Shown here: positions 11,496 to 23,760 of the stretch, in pieces
How positions within the stretch are numbered: position 1 is the stretch's first letter
How the letters are laid out: every line of letters starts with the position of its first letter
Source of the DNA: Camelus ferus
Taxonomy: Eukaryota
Length of the DNA stretch: 64,000 nucleotides
Assembly: GCF_009834535.1 (NCBI RefSeq)
Contig: NC_045716.1
Location: 14,756,001-14,820,000 of the forward strand
Direction of reading: 5' to 3'
The notes under the pieces: model-generated
Told to the model about the DNA's origin: nothing
What the model saw: only the letters and a program-made list of their open reading frames with translations
The model's database searches: none
Position numbers and translations under genes: made by a program

Positions 11496-14229
11496 ACTGC
11501 CTCTCAACGAGGTTGGGGAACAAGTCTGACCACACCTGACCTCTTTTAAAACTTTTCTACCTTTCCAGACCCTCTCCTGAGCATTATATATGTTAACAAG
11601 AATAGAAAGCTAATCATTAACTCCAAGGCTGTGACTGATTAAAGACTGAGATCATTCTAATTGGAAGGGGGGAGAAAAAAAACCTTGGAACAGGTCCAAA
11701 AAGGATTTTTTTTTTTAAATGAGTGTCAGCACTGCAGCATGACAAGAGAGGAGAGATGACAGGAAGGGAAAAATACCCTCCAATCTTCCTGGTACCCAGG
11801 TTTGCAAGGAGCAAAACAACACAGGAAGTGGCACTTCATTTTTATATCACGATTTCCGCACAAACTGTCCCTTAACTAGCATTACATAGGAACCGAGGGC
11901 CATAGTGAAACTAAGCCCTGACTTCCAGAAGAGGGGGAAAAAAAATCTCTAATGAGTCACATGGACACCACTTGGATTTTCCACCGCAAGACATGTGGGT
12001 GGACTCTAGTTAATTCTTAGCAGCTGCCAAGGCCCCCACTAGGCAACCAGATATACTGAATGAAGGAACTGCATGAGTTGTTGGCTCCTGCCTGAAACAG
12101 GGGTCTCACTCTTCATGCTGGTCTGTACTTAGAAGGAAACTGTGCCACAATCGTTCACATTTCTTAGCCTACAGGTAAAATAAAAGATCACTATAAAACA
12201 AACAAACAAACAAAAAGAGTAACTTCACGCACCAAAATATTAGAACACAAGTTTCAGTTAATGAATAGGTCGACTCTAGAAAGAACTCAGAGGGTAATGA
12301 TTTGAAACGCTGAAATCTTTATAAAGGTATTTGCAAATGTATTTGAAAGGTAGTCCAATTTCCCCAAGGAAGATAGGTAGGTAGCCACTATATGGGACAG
12401 TGAAGGAAACTCAAAAACTCTACTTTACATAGTGGCAAACTACCGATTAAGTGCTGAATTCTTCTTTTTCAAGAGTGTGGTATGCTCATAAGCAGTATTA
12501 ATGAAATCAGTTGGAAAAACCCTCGCAGTATATTCTTTTAAACAAATATTGCTTTAAAAATACCAAATTATTCATGGTCAATTGTGGCTGGCAACAGTGT
12601 TCCGAATACAGATTCATAATATTTAAATAGAAATATAGGGAACAATATATTTAAATAGAGCTAGCTGTGCAGGCACAAAATTACTTTTTGGCATATTGAT
12701 TTGTCATCCATTTCATTCCAGATTTCTCCATGTAGGTTCAGTCCCTCTGCTATCCTCCAGGTTAAGAGGTTCCCCTTCAGGGACTGCGTCCCTTTCGAAA
12801 TCTAAACCGGCAGGATTAAGTCTAAATAAGAGGGAAGACTGCTCTTCTACCGTTTTGTTTCTTAACCTAAGGAAGCCCCTGCAGTGCAGTTTCTATAGCT
12901 GGCCACAGTATCTCTACTAGTATCTGCATTTTATATATAGTAACCTCAGTAACAGAAAAAAAAAAAAATCACTTGACAAAGTTTTCTATTTCTGTAACGT
13001 TGTGTCAGAGGGAAGCTTAACAGACGAACAGACGGTCTTCCCGGGGTGAAAGTATTTGTTTGGATTTTAGATGTAAGCTTATTTAGCTCAGTTAAATTTA
13101 ACTCCTGTGAGAATAAACATTCTTGATCTCCTGACTCAGATACTATGCTCCATTACTGAATTCACTGAACTAAAAAAATTGTCTGTAATTTTGACCAATA
13201 ACCTTGGGTCCTTTCCAGAAACTGCCGGCTCCCGGTAATCTACAGCTTTCCCAAGAGATGTCCTTGCTCCAGATCTCACGCACAGAGGAATCAAAATCTG
13301 CCGCAATTCAACATGACCACGCCCAGGTCCACAGCACCTGCAAAGAGCCATACATCTGCAGAGCAGTAAATGTCCCTCTCCCCAGAACTCCTTTTCTCCT
13401 GTTAGGGGATTAAGGCCACAAGCCCGTAGCTCCTTTCCTATCCACCTTCCTGTCTCTGCTTTTCTTTCACCTCCTTTCCCACACTCACTTGACACTTAAA
13501 CTAAATGTAGCGGTAAACTCGTGACTCCCAAGGAAAGTATTAGCAGAAGCTAGAACTTCGAGGAATGACTCACCAACGAGTATCCAGCCCCTTCCACCGC
13601 CCTGCAGCTGCCCCACCGCTATGGCCCTGGGGCTCCCTGCAGCAACACTAGATGAGGAAAATTCTCTGAAATCCAAGGCAGAACCTAAATGAAGATTTCG
13701 CTTCCTTTCCTGCGGCATCTCCTGCTCTGTAGGTTCCAATACAAACACAGGGACAAACATTTCTACGAGGCAGGAGGAAAACAAACACAATTCCCTGGGC
13801 GGCCCTCCCGGAAGGTCCCTAGCAACACATCCACATCCGCAGCTAGTGCAGCGCTCGCAGGCCACTTTAAATAAACCATTGTTACCGATCAGGCCTGCGC
13901 TGCCAACTTCCCCTGCAGTGCCTCGCCCGCCCATCCTGTGCAGCAGAGATGCAGTTGACAAGATCGGGTGGGCTCCAGGAGGTCCAAAGAAGGAGCCCCG
14001 AGTCTGCACAGCCTTGGGAGCGGAGAGGAAGGATATGGGGAAGGGTTGACCTTGAGAATCTCGCTGATTGTGAGGCCGGCCCGGCCTAGATGCGCCAAAC
14101 CAATACATCATTGGAGGAATGCAGGGCAGATGGAGGTCAAAGGGGATGGAAAGGCAGAAATAAACTTACAGACAAGACGGGAGAAAGAGAAAGCGAGTCC
14201 CTATTCAGCTCGGGATGGCAGAGATAAGG

Positions 14230-15210
14230 GCGGTGCTCAGCACAGAAGATGGTGCCCCCGAGGCCCACGCTCCTCGCTGCCGGCAGGTGCGGGCACTTAC
14301 CTGGATCACCTTCTGCTGGTGCAGACCGCAGCTGCGCAGCAAACTGTAGGCGCGGAGCCCCGGCCTCTGGCAGAGTGAGGCGTGGCCTGCAGCAGTCCCC
14401 GCCCCGGCCCCGGGCAGCGCGAGGCCACGCCTCCAAGGCGGGGCTCCGGGCGCCTGAGAGCGCCATCTGGGTCCACTTCTGGGGACCTGGTTTTGAGGCG
14501 GAGGCCGCAGTTTCTTCCTCCTCACGGTTGTCCACGGATTTACTCCCTCCACAACTAAATCTATATATCTGTTCCTTTCTGCAAATGCCACCTTGGTCGC
14601 CTTCTTAAAACTGTTCTTGCCAGTTCCTATTTGGATTGAGTTTGCAGAGCGGTAGCACGTTAGTAATTTATCCCCTGTAGAGCCACCGTAGCTGGCTTCT
14701 CGGCGCTCTGCGGTGAGGGCGGGGCCCCGGTTTGCGCGGCGCGTGTGCGGAAGGGGGAGCGCGCCCGAGCCTGGTCGCTTTCCAGGTGCGCCTGGCGTGC
14801 GTTAGGTGCTCGGTGTCTTAGATTGCGACACACACCGGGTGAAAGGATTTAGGGATGTTAGAGCCTGTACTTTCCCATAACTAATCTTTTTGTCACTTTT
14901 GCCGAGAGCTGGAACCGAGCCCTGTCCGCATGGTGGCCGCACCCATCCTCGCCCACACCCGCCCTCCTGGTCCCCCTGTCTGGGCACAGGACGGCACCGC
15001 CTAGGGGACCCACAGACCTTCCATAGTGAATACAAGCCCCAGTTAGGCCCTCTAGTCCGGGCTCGGGCCGGTGAGGTCTTGAGTGAGGCCTGCAGGCAGG
15101 GCCGAGCCCGCAGAAGTGGAGCCTCCTTCTAAGTGCTGTGAACTCAGCCGATGGCCCGCAGAACTGGAGCCTCCTTCTAAGTGCTGTGAACTCAGCCGAT
15201 GGCACGCAGA
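14230..15210 (-). promoter_or_regulatory. CpG-island promoter of MGST3
   Basis: Dense CpG and high GC; GC box CCCCGCCCC 14397-14405; AGCGCCATCTGGGTC 14459-14473 (CTCF/YY1-like); further GC-box and ETS-like motifs at ~14715-14765; no TATA. Confidence 0.85.
14301..14376 (-). other. MGST3: MGST3 non-coding exon 1 (5' end approximate)
   Basis: Consensus donor CAG|gtaagt at 14301/14300 inside a CpG island, no ATG, Inr-like TCACTCT with A at ~14376, GC box just upstream. Matches the known MGST3 layout of an untranslated exon 1 and long intron 1. Confidence 0.8.
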
Positions 15211-15212
15211 AA
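15106..15212 (+). repeat. 48-bp tandem duplication (~2.2 copies)
   Basis: GCCCGCAGAA(G/C)TGGAGCCTCCTTCTAAGTGCTGTGAACTCAGCCGATG at 15106 and 15154; partial third copy at 15202. Confidence 0.95.
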
Positions 15213-15681
15213 GGACCAAAGTTTCCCGCTTTTACATGTCTTAAGTGTGGTCCGCACCCCTTTCTTCTGGACACCCCACATCCTGCTAGGGATCCCCACA
15301 TCTGGGTCTCCCCTAGTGCCTCTTATGTGCGGTACTTCTCTCTGGGAGCGTGTGCTTGGGAGCCCATGGTTCCAAGTCCAGGTCTGGAAAGGCTGGAATC
15401 CAGATCTTAGAAGGCTCTAGGCTGGGTGTTCCTTTTTATTAGTTTGTCATATCCACACATCTGGAGGTAATTTGGGGGCTGTAAAATCTTTATTATTGCT
15501 GTTTCAGCACCTTCCAACCATTCTCACGCATTCATCTTCTTCAGCCCAAGAAGGCTTTATATTTAGGGTTTCTGGCATGTTGGTTGTAAAGAACTGGTTT
15601 TCACTGAACACTGGAAGAAAGTAGGAAAGCATTTCTACAGTATTGAGGGACTTTCCCTCCCTTGTTTCTGCAGACTGAAGG

Positions 15682-16068
15682 TGTCATCATAGTTTACTTC
15701 TTTGTTCCCCTCTCAAAGCCCATTTCATATGTTGAAACCTTATCCCCAATGTGGTGGTATTCTTGGGTGGAGCCTTTGAGAGGTGTTAGTTCATGAGGGT
15801 GGAGCCCTCATGAATGGGATTGGTGTCCCTATAAAAGAGACCCCCCTGAGAGCTACCTTGGCCCTCCTGTTGTGTGAGAACACAGCCAGAAGACCGCATC
15901 TATGAACCAGGAAGTAGCTATGAACTATGAACCAGGAAGTATGAACCACTGAATCTGCTAGCACCTTAATCTTGGCCTTCCCAGACTCCAGAATTTCAAG
16001 AAATAAATGTTTGCTGTTTAAGTTACCCAGCTCATGGTATTTTCATTAGAGCAGCTGTTCTGTATAAG
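15682..16068 (+). mobile_element. MLT1A-type MaLR LTR
   Basis: Matches MLT1A motifs (tcatatgttgaaacc...catgagggtggagccctcatgaatgggatt...gaaataaatg); small internal duplication of tatgaaccaggaag at ~15901-15950. Confidence 0.85.
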
Positions 16069-16899
16069 AAAAGGCAGCCTGAGTTGGTAGAAGGCATGAT
16101 GGAAGAGACAGGAGCATATATTTGGCCCTTTTCCCAGTTATTCTTGTTTGACCAGAGACAAGAACTTAACCATGCATGACATTCCTTAAAATTTTTTTTG
16201 AATTATAATTTAAATAATTTATTATTATATTTATAATCTAAGTATTGCATTATAAAAGCAATATTTATTGTAGAAAATTTAGAAAATATGTAGGAAAAAC
16301 CCCACAAGAAATGACACATACATGCAAAAATAGATTCATACAGTATATACTTTTTGTTGTCTGCATTTCCCAGTTCATAAATTATAAACACTTTTAAAGT
16401 CCTGATGAGTTCATTCTGCAACATTATTTTGTACTGATTGCACATCATTTCATAGCATGGACATACCATTCCCCTCTTGTTGGAGTTAGCTTGTTTTCAA
16501 TTCTTTACAAGCAGTGTACAAACATTTAGCTAAATCTGCATGCATGCTTGTGATTATTTCTTTTGGCTAAATTCCTTTAAAGAGGAATTTCTGGATCAGA
16601 GACTATATAACATTTTAAAGTCTTTTCTTTTTGTTAACAAGATGCACACCAGGAAACGATTTATAATCTTCTCCAACACTGGATATTGCACATCATTTCC
16701 CTTCATCTCCAAATGGGGATAAGACCTTTCTCCCAAGGTTACTATGAAGTTCAAATGAAGACAGCACAGAAGTCCTATATTTCTTCTGATACAGGATAAT
16801 ATATTTTGCAAGTTCCTTTACAACAACATGAATTATGATGTGAACACTTTGGCTCAGAGGTTGATCTGTCCCTACTTCATTCACCATTGATTCTTTTCC

Positions 16900-17700
16900 C
16901 ATTTACAATGTCTTCTTCTAACCCTCTTCTCATTTACCTCATAAGCTCTCTCTGTCCTTGGATTCCCAAACATTGCTCTCCTCGTCTTTTCTTTCTGCTC
17001 TCCTTTTTACTAGTTCCTCTTCATCAACCTGCATCTTAAAATGTATTCAAGATTCTCCAAAGCACTGTCCTTTATTTCTTCTTTTCATTCTTCTCTCCTG
17101 CAAGTCTCTTTTTTGACTCTCTTTTGTTGGTTACATCCATTCCCGTGGCTGTTTGGGTTGTCTAGCGGCCAAACCCTCTCCTCTTTTGGGAAAAATCCCT
17201 CATGTTCTGTATTTTCTTTGAAAATCGCGCTTATCGCAATATAGAAGTTGAAGGGCAATTCTTCCTCTTTCCCACTTTCAGAGGAGCCAAGGGGGTGGGC
17301 ACATGCCTTTATCTGTGCCAGTCAGATGTTACTCCCAAGACTCTGAACCCTCAAGAGAATGACAGCAACAAGCAGACATTTGGAATTCTCTTTCATTCAT
17401 GTGGCTACATCAGTGGCTGGACCAGAACTCTCCGAGAGGCTTTTCTGACCACTCAGTTAAAAATGGCAACTTCCCTCTCCTCAAGGCATCCTTTATCCTT
17501 CTTCCTTGCTTTATTTTCTACTGACATATTTTTGGATTTAATTAAGTAATTTGTTTATGACCTGTGCCCCCCCCCCCCCCCCCCCCGCTCAAATGTAAGT
17601 TGCATGAAGGTGAGGATATTATCTGTCTACTCACAGCTGTGTCCGTCACGCCCTGAGGTGCCTGGCATAGAGTAGGCACTCAATAACCATTTGTTAAATG
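16900..17700 (+). mobile_element. L2 LINE fragments
   Basis: Pyrimidine-rich L2 body ending gtgcctggcatagagtaggcactcaataaccatttgttaaatgaatg. Confidence 0.6.
17567..17586 (+). repeat. C20 homopolymer
   Basis: Direct reading. Confidence 0.9.
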
Positions 17701-18089
17701 AATGCATGAAGAGCTAGTCCTGTTGCCTAGCTGTCGGAAACTCCCTGGGTTCTTGACCTTTTCTTGAAGCCTGTCCCTCCAGCCTTACCACTGACTCTCT
17801 GAGCACCACAGCCTTCCAAGAAATACCCTATTTCGTGAGTTAGCCGGAGTTCGTTTCTGTTTCAGGCAGAACCACTCACTGTATTACAGGCTTCTCACCC
17901 GCAGGGTAACCAAAACCACGTTCATTACCTTCCCCAGCAAGAGTCATTAATTATTTAGCTGTGTGATTCTGGTGGGGGAGGGGGATTATGTAAGTTCTCT
18001 GAAACTTGTTTTGTTTTTTTATCTGCAAAATTAATATACCAGTATCTATTTTGCTTGGCTCTTGTAAAGATAGCAGAGTCTGCGCCTAT

Positions 18090-18622
18090 TGTGAGGCGGG
18101 AAGCCCCATAAAAAGACCGGCAGGACTCCTGAGCAGGGCCGCTGCTCTCCTCCTAGCACCGTCAGGTTCCCTCGCCCAGAGGCTTTATCTCACTTTTTAC
18201 CTCTAAAGCAGCTAACTTACACGTAGAATTCTATTGGTTCCCTGAGCTCACTTCTGATTGGTTATTTCCTTCACTCCTGATTGGTTATTACTCTCACTTC
18301 TGATTGGCCCATTTGTAGTACTTTATTTGCATGGAGCTCACTTCTGATTGGTCTATTTCTACAACGCTTGTTCCTGGTTGGTCAACTTCTGTTATACTTT
18401 ATTTGCACATGATGTTGCAAAATGTAAAACTGGCAGCCTATAAAAGGCTTGTGTAAACCTACAAGTGGGGTTTGGAGCTTGAAGTGTTAACTCTTCTGGG
18501 CCTGTTGGCATAATAAACCTGAGTTCTTTAGCTCTCCTAGTGCTGCTTGGACTCTTGCGCAGATCCAGGCTGCTATCACAACTGAGCTGTAACACCGAGC
18601 TGTAACACGTTTTTCTGCAACA
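18090..18622 (+). mobile_element. ERV1-class solo LTR with CCAAT-box array
   Basis: TG...CA ends, five ATTGG boxes, octamer ATTTGCAT 18325-18332, TATAAAA 18439-18445, AATAAA 18512-18517, repeated GAGCTGTAACAC near the 3' end. No clear TSD. Confidence 0.75.
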
Positions 18623-18755
18623 CTGGAGGCATTTAATAAATGCTGTTATTACTGATTCTTGTTGATGGCACCTCAAAACAGTCTCCTTTCTAGTCCCTTT
18701 GCCCTAGTTTAGGCCGCAAGTCTCCTCTGACCTAGGCAATTACAGTAACCTTTTA

Positions 18756-18874
18756 TTTATTTATGTATTTAAACTTTTTTTTATTGAGTTATAGTCATTT
18801 TACAATGTTGTGTCAACTTCCAGTGTAGAGCACAATTTTTCAGCTATACATGAACATACATATATTCATTGTCA
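18756..18874 (-). mobile_element. Short 5'-truncated L1 with perfect 18-bp TSD
   Basis: TSD AATTACAGTAACCTTTTA at 18738-18755 and 18875-18892. Confidence 0.85.
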
Positions 18875-19184
18875 AATTACAGTAACCTTTTAACTGTAGT
18901 CTTTTTGAAAATTCATCACCCAGCTACCATCACAGCTACCTTGCTAAAGCAGACCTCTTCTTTGGTGACTGACTCATACCTTTACGATGAAGTCCAGACT
19001 TTCATACACGCATGTCAAGATCCTTTAACAGTCTATAGCCTCAAACTGCTTTTCCAGAATCCTCTCGTTTAACATTAATTCCATAAGCATTTGTTGAGTT
19101 CTTTTCTGATGCCAGGCAGTAATAGAACTTACATTTTAATAGGAGAAATTGCCAATAAAAACAAGGCAATCACAGATTGTGATT

Positions 19185-19480
19185 TCAACCTGAAGCTGTA
19201 GGAGGCATGGACAATTTCTGTTGCCTCTTTTGTGCTTCTGCCATCCACCGTGAAAAGAGCGTGTTTCAGGAAGCCATTGCTTCTTTACTCTGAGTCCCGG
19301 AATGGGACACATGGCTTGCAGACCCAAACCTGATTTGCAATCTGGAGCCAAACAAAGTCAGCCAAGCTTAGCACAAGCACAGCCAGTCTGCAGACTTGTG
19401 CGTGAGGCATAAATATTTACTGTAATCCACTGTGAGTCTGGGTTGGTTTGTTATTTTAGCAAAACTGGGATAATACCAAG
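19185..19480 (+). mobile_element. Old MaLR LTR (MLT1J/K-like)
   Basis: cttctgccatccaccgtgaaaagag...cagccagtctgcagacttgtg...gtttgttatt pattern. Confidence 0.55.
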
Positions 19481-19659
19481 AGAACCAAGAGAGCTTGCTT
19501 GTGGGCTGGATATGTGGGTAGGAAAAAGAAAGAAATCAAAGCTTTCTGTCTTGAGCAATAGAATGGAGAGAGGCATCAATTACCAAGGAATTACCAAGGT
19601 AGACAAGATTGGTAAGGGAAAGAATTTGGGTAGGGGAGTCGAGTTAAGTTTTTGACATG

Positions 19660-19935
19660 TCTAGTAGTCTGGATAGACTAACTGCTGTTGAACAAATAAC
19701 TTCAAAATAGCAATGACAGAACACAATAGCTTTTTCTTTCCTTATTCATAAAATAGTTCAATATAGGTATTCAGTGGGTGATGTCTTATGCATTTATTCA
19801 TGAATCCAAGCTCGTTTGGTCTTGTGACTCCGCCCTTCTCTAGAGCTACATCTAGCTGCCTGGGAAGCCAGGAAAAGCTTAGCTGGAAGCTCAAGGTGAA
19901 AAGAATCTGGTGAACAATTAGTTAGTCTCTGCCAC
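19660..19935 (-). mobile_element. Old MaLR LTR (MLT1K/L-like)
   Basis: tagtagtctggatagactaactgctg...aacaaataacttcaaaat, typical reverse-strand MLT1 start. Confidence 0.45.
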
Positions 19936-19949
19936 TGCATCTTGTCGTG

Positions 19950-20650
19950 GGATACTTCTTAGACATCCAAGTGAAGGTAAGAGTTACTCTAGGAGTCTGG
20001 CTGTCAGGTCTGAGCTTGAGATACACTTTTGGAAATGAAGGACATAGGGATGGTATTTAAAATAACATGTAGAGAGAACAGAATGAGGTTGGGACAGAGG
20101 TCCCTACTACTGGGTTCTTCAACATTTAGAGTTTGGTAGAGGAGGAGGAGCTAGCAAAGGAGAACAAGAAGGTAAGAAGTCATTACTAATGAGATAAGAG
20201 GGTGATGTTACAAAGGACAGAGGAGGAAGGAGGCGTCAACTGTCAGATGTTGCTGAAAAGCCAAGTAAGATTTGGAAAGAGAAATGATATGAGCATAACA
20301 TGTCATGAATGACATGAGCAAGAGCAGTTTTCAAGGAACGATGGGGAAGGAAGGAAGGAAGTTGACTGAAGGTGGGTTGAAGAAGGAACTGCAGATCAGG
20401 AAGTAGAGAGAAGAGTGTGCAGACAAATCTTTGCTCTTTGACATGTTTGGCTGTGAAGGAAAGCAGAAAAATAAAGGGTCAGCAGGAAATGACGAGTGGC
20501 CTAAATAAGGCAATAAGGAGAGAGTTTGATGATGTAAAAAATGGTGTAACTAAAGGAGGCAAATCCTTGGGCAGCCGAGAGTAGATGGGAGAAGTAGAGA
20601 CAGTTTGCTGTTAAGAGAACTAGCTTATAGTAACAGGAGGGGAGACTCAA
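19950..20650 (-). mobile_element. L2 LINE fragment
   Basis: Purine-rich reverse L2 body (gtagaggaggaggagctagcaaaggaga...). Confidence 0.55.
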
Positions 20651-21024
20651 AGAAAAATGATGTATTTTCACTAGGGAAATAGTATCAGCGAAGGACACTT
20701 ATCACCATGCTTCCTTTCCTTCGAGGTGAAGGGAGCTCAGTTACTGTGGCTCCTGGTTTCCCTCTTTGCTCTTGCCCGTGCAAGTTCTTGCCGGAGATGG
20801 AATGACCTACCTGATTGATGACTCCGGGAAGAATAAACTAAGCATGATTGTCTCAGCTTCACCCTTCTTCCTCTTGGGAAAATGGAAAACATGCATTCGT
20901 CTGTCATATAAATAAAAATGAATATATATATGGTCTGTTTGGGCAGCTGTAAGAAAATACCACAGGTTGGGCGGTTTATATAAACAATAGAAATTTACTT
21001 CTTACAGTTCTGGAAGTCAGAACT

Positions 21025-21450
21025 GTATTCATATACTCATAGCTTTGTCTGCTGAAAAAGTGATGGCATCAAGGTAGCAAAGAACACACCTAGGACCAGG
21101 TCTTATTTTGATTCCAGGTCTTAGTTTGATTTCTAAATACCATTCATTCCCCACTAGGAGAAACCAGGGCTTCTTGGGGAAAATGGCTGAAACCCAGAGC
21201 AGTCTGGAAAATCTTGTTGTGCTAAAAAGTAAAGATGTGCTAAGAAAAATTTGATATTCAATGTAAATAAGGATAGTAATGAATTATCCTTCATTAAACA
21301 GAATCTGTGAGCCATACTGATAACAGATGGATAATACATAAACGCCTGTGTATATTCATATGTATACACACAGGAGGTATACAGGAATTCTTTATAATAC
21401 TCTTAAAACTTTTCTGTAAGTTTGGAGTTACTACAAATTTAAAATTAAAA
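21025..21450 (+). mobile_element. L1MC-type 3' fragment
   Basis: tttctaaataccattc...aaaccagggcttcttggggaaaatggctga motif. Confidence 0.55.
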
Positions 21451-22769
21451 AATATTACAACTCTCATTATCCTTCCCCTGTGAAAAAGTAAAAAAAAATT
21501 TTTAAGTATAAAGTTTATGTATGTATACATTTAAACGTATACAATTCCCATCTTACCCTGCTTTCCATCCCCGCAATAGCACTTATCAATATCTATCATA
21601 TGATGTAATTTAGATATTCATTGCCATTCATTATTGTTTGTCTTCTCTCCTCCACTGCTTCTTTAAAGGATGTAGGCTCCACAGTAGTTCACTGATAAAT
21701 GCTAGAAGGTCTAGAACATTCTCTGGCACATAGTAGGTGCTCAATAAATATTTATTGTTGAATGAATGAGTGAACCAGAACCTTCTGCGACTGGTAGGTG
21801 ATTGTGGCTGACTCTCCAGCTTTGTCCGAGTCGTCTCTGCTGGCACTCTCATGATGCAGGCGATATGTGATATTCCCTCGGCCTCTGGTTTCCCTGTGAT
21901 GTCTTGTGGTCAGACTTTCAGTAAGGTTCCCATCATCCTTCTAGAAGACCCTCTTTGGTCAGAATTTAGAAGAGCTCCAGGCCCACTCCCTCTCCTGCTG
22001 TGACCTACACGTGGTCCTTGAAACACTCATACATCATTTACCCGCACTGAGGAGGTAGGCTGGCATTCAGCTCAGTCCGGCCTTGCACCCATTTTTTCAT
22101 TCTCCATACCGATAAACACATCCTCCATCTCCACCCCAGGGAACACTGTTAAGCTCTTAAAGTGGTCTTCTTGAAGGTGCTTGAGGTGAAGGGAAGGTAC
22201 AACTCACCAACTCCCCTTGCGGTGGATGGGAACTTCAATACAGAATCCTTTTACTACATCCTTTCTAATCGTCAGCCTCCTAAACTCTTTTGTACCTTTG
22301 ATGTGCATGTTTAACTGGTTTTGTTTAACTGGTTCTTGGAAACCTGCTTATACTTTTCTGTTTCTCTAATTACTTTGGTATCTGATACATGGTGTCTCAG
22401 TCAAAACATCCAGTTTAACATCTTGTTGCACGTGTTAATCCATGACACATCGTGGGTCAAAGATACGTTGCCACCAAATAAATAACTCATTAATCAAAAA
22501 GCAATTTCAAAATAATTTTGGAGCTTTCTTTGCATTTCTCCCAAATACCATGAAGGGGACTTAAGATTACAGTGATGTATCTAATAGCTTCCTCCCCCAC
22601 TTCTGGTTATGGTCCTCGTGTATCACAGCTGCTCTCCTTCCTCTCCCTTCCAGGTTTTCCCTAAATTCTCCCCCTGCACTTAACAGGTGCTCACCCCTCC
22701 CTTTCCATTTCTGCCATATTTTGTACCCTTAAGGATCTCAAAGAATAATCTCGCCAACCTATCTCTGAC

Positions 22770-23450
22770 GAGAATGAGTGTGGTTGGGAATGTTCGGCTG
22801 TTCATGAGTGGTAGCTGGCAAGGACTGTCCAGCTATGCTCCATTTCTTCATCTCTCTTGTCCTCAGGTGTGGCTGTGTGAGCTATGGAATGTAAACAAAA
22901 GTGAGTCGTGCTATTTCCAGACCTGACCCATGAGACTGCCTGTACTTGCCTCTCCCCCTTCTCTCAAGCTAGACGGTGATGACCAGGGTAGCCTTGGATG
23001 GCAGAGCAGCTGTCCACCTGGGACCCAGTGTGATTATATGGGTGGGAGCTCCTTGCCAACCTGGGATATTACGTGAATCTCCGGAATGTTACGTGAGTGA
23101 GAAATAAAGGCTTATTTTGATTGAGCCATTTCATTTGGTGTTCTACTAATGGCAGCAGTTCAGACTAATCTAAAAGTACAGAAATTAGAACCAGGAATAG
23201 GGGTGCTACTGTAATAAAAATCCAAAATGTGTAGCATCAGTTCAGCAGCTGGGCAGCAGGCAGTGAGGGAGTGGAGAGCTGTAGATCCTTGTCATGCTGG
23301 GGGAATACGGGTGGTACCACACTGTGAGAACCAGGAAGGCACATGCAAGTTCCTCTTGAGCCTGCAACTGTAGAAGAAGCAGCTGGAAAGAGCCAGAATT
23401 TTAGGTTGAGTTGGCTGCTGCTTGCTGCTTTTAGCAAGGTACCAGTCCCA
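22770..23450 (+). mobile_element. MLT1H/I-type LTR followed by start of MLT1 internal region
   Basis: LTR ending gagaaataaa...gagccat...ctaatctaa, then cagaaattagaaccagg...ggggtgctactgtaataaaaatcc (MLT1-int 5' motif). Confidence 0.6.
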
Positions 23451-23760
23451 ACATTTTAGAGCCAGATGTGTTTGAGAATTCAGAATTTTTCAGAATTTAG
23501 AAAGTTAACAGTGCGTATATTATAAAGTACAAAACACCCTAGCAGGTTCTGGGGCATCATCCCGTAATCAAACACATTTCTATTTCTGCAGAGAGATGTA
23601 TGATCATTCATGCTAAGCAGGATACATATAGACTACAAATAGCCCAAATCAATTTAGGTCAAGTTTCACCAACATAAATGTACAGAAATTAGCTTCAGAA
23701 AAATGTGTTTTTCAGAGGTTTTGGGGTCTCAGCATTATGGATAAGGGATCGTGAACCTGA
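23450..23760. mobile_element. MER46C (TcMar-Tigger) DNA transposon relic
   Basis: gccagatgtgtttgagaattcagaatttttcaga at the left; ggataagggatcgtgaacctg TIR-like end at the right. Confidence 0.65.

Noticed and set aside
12267-12280. AGGTCGACTCTAGA matches the pUC polylinker (SalI-XbaI)
   Set aside because: Only 14 bp, flanks do not continue into vector; compatible with chance.
13485-14608. Long overlapping ORFs (208, 136, 132, 128, 119 aa) around MGST3 exon 1
   Set aside because: GC-rich island DNA is stop-poor; no recognisable protein.
15106-15212. Direct repeats as a CRISPR-like array
   Set aside because: No spacers and mammalian context; a simple tandem duplication.
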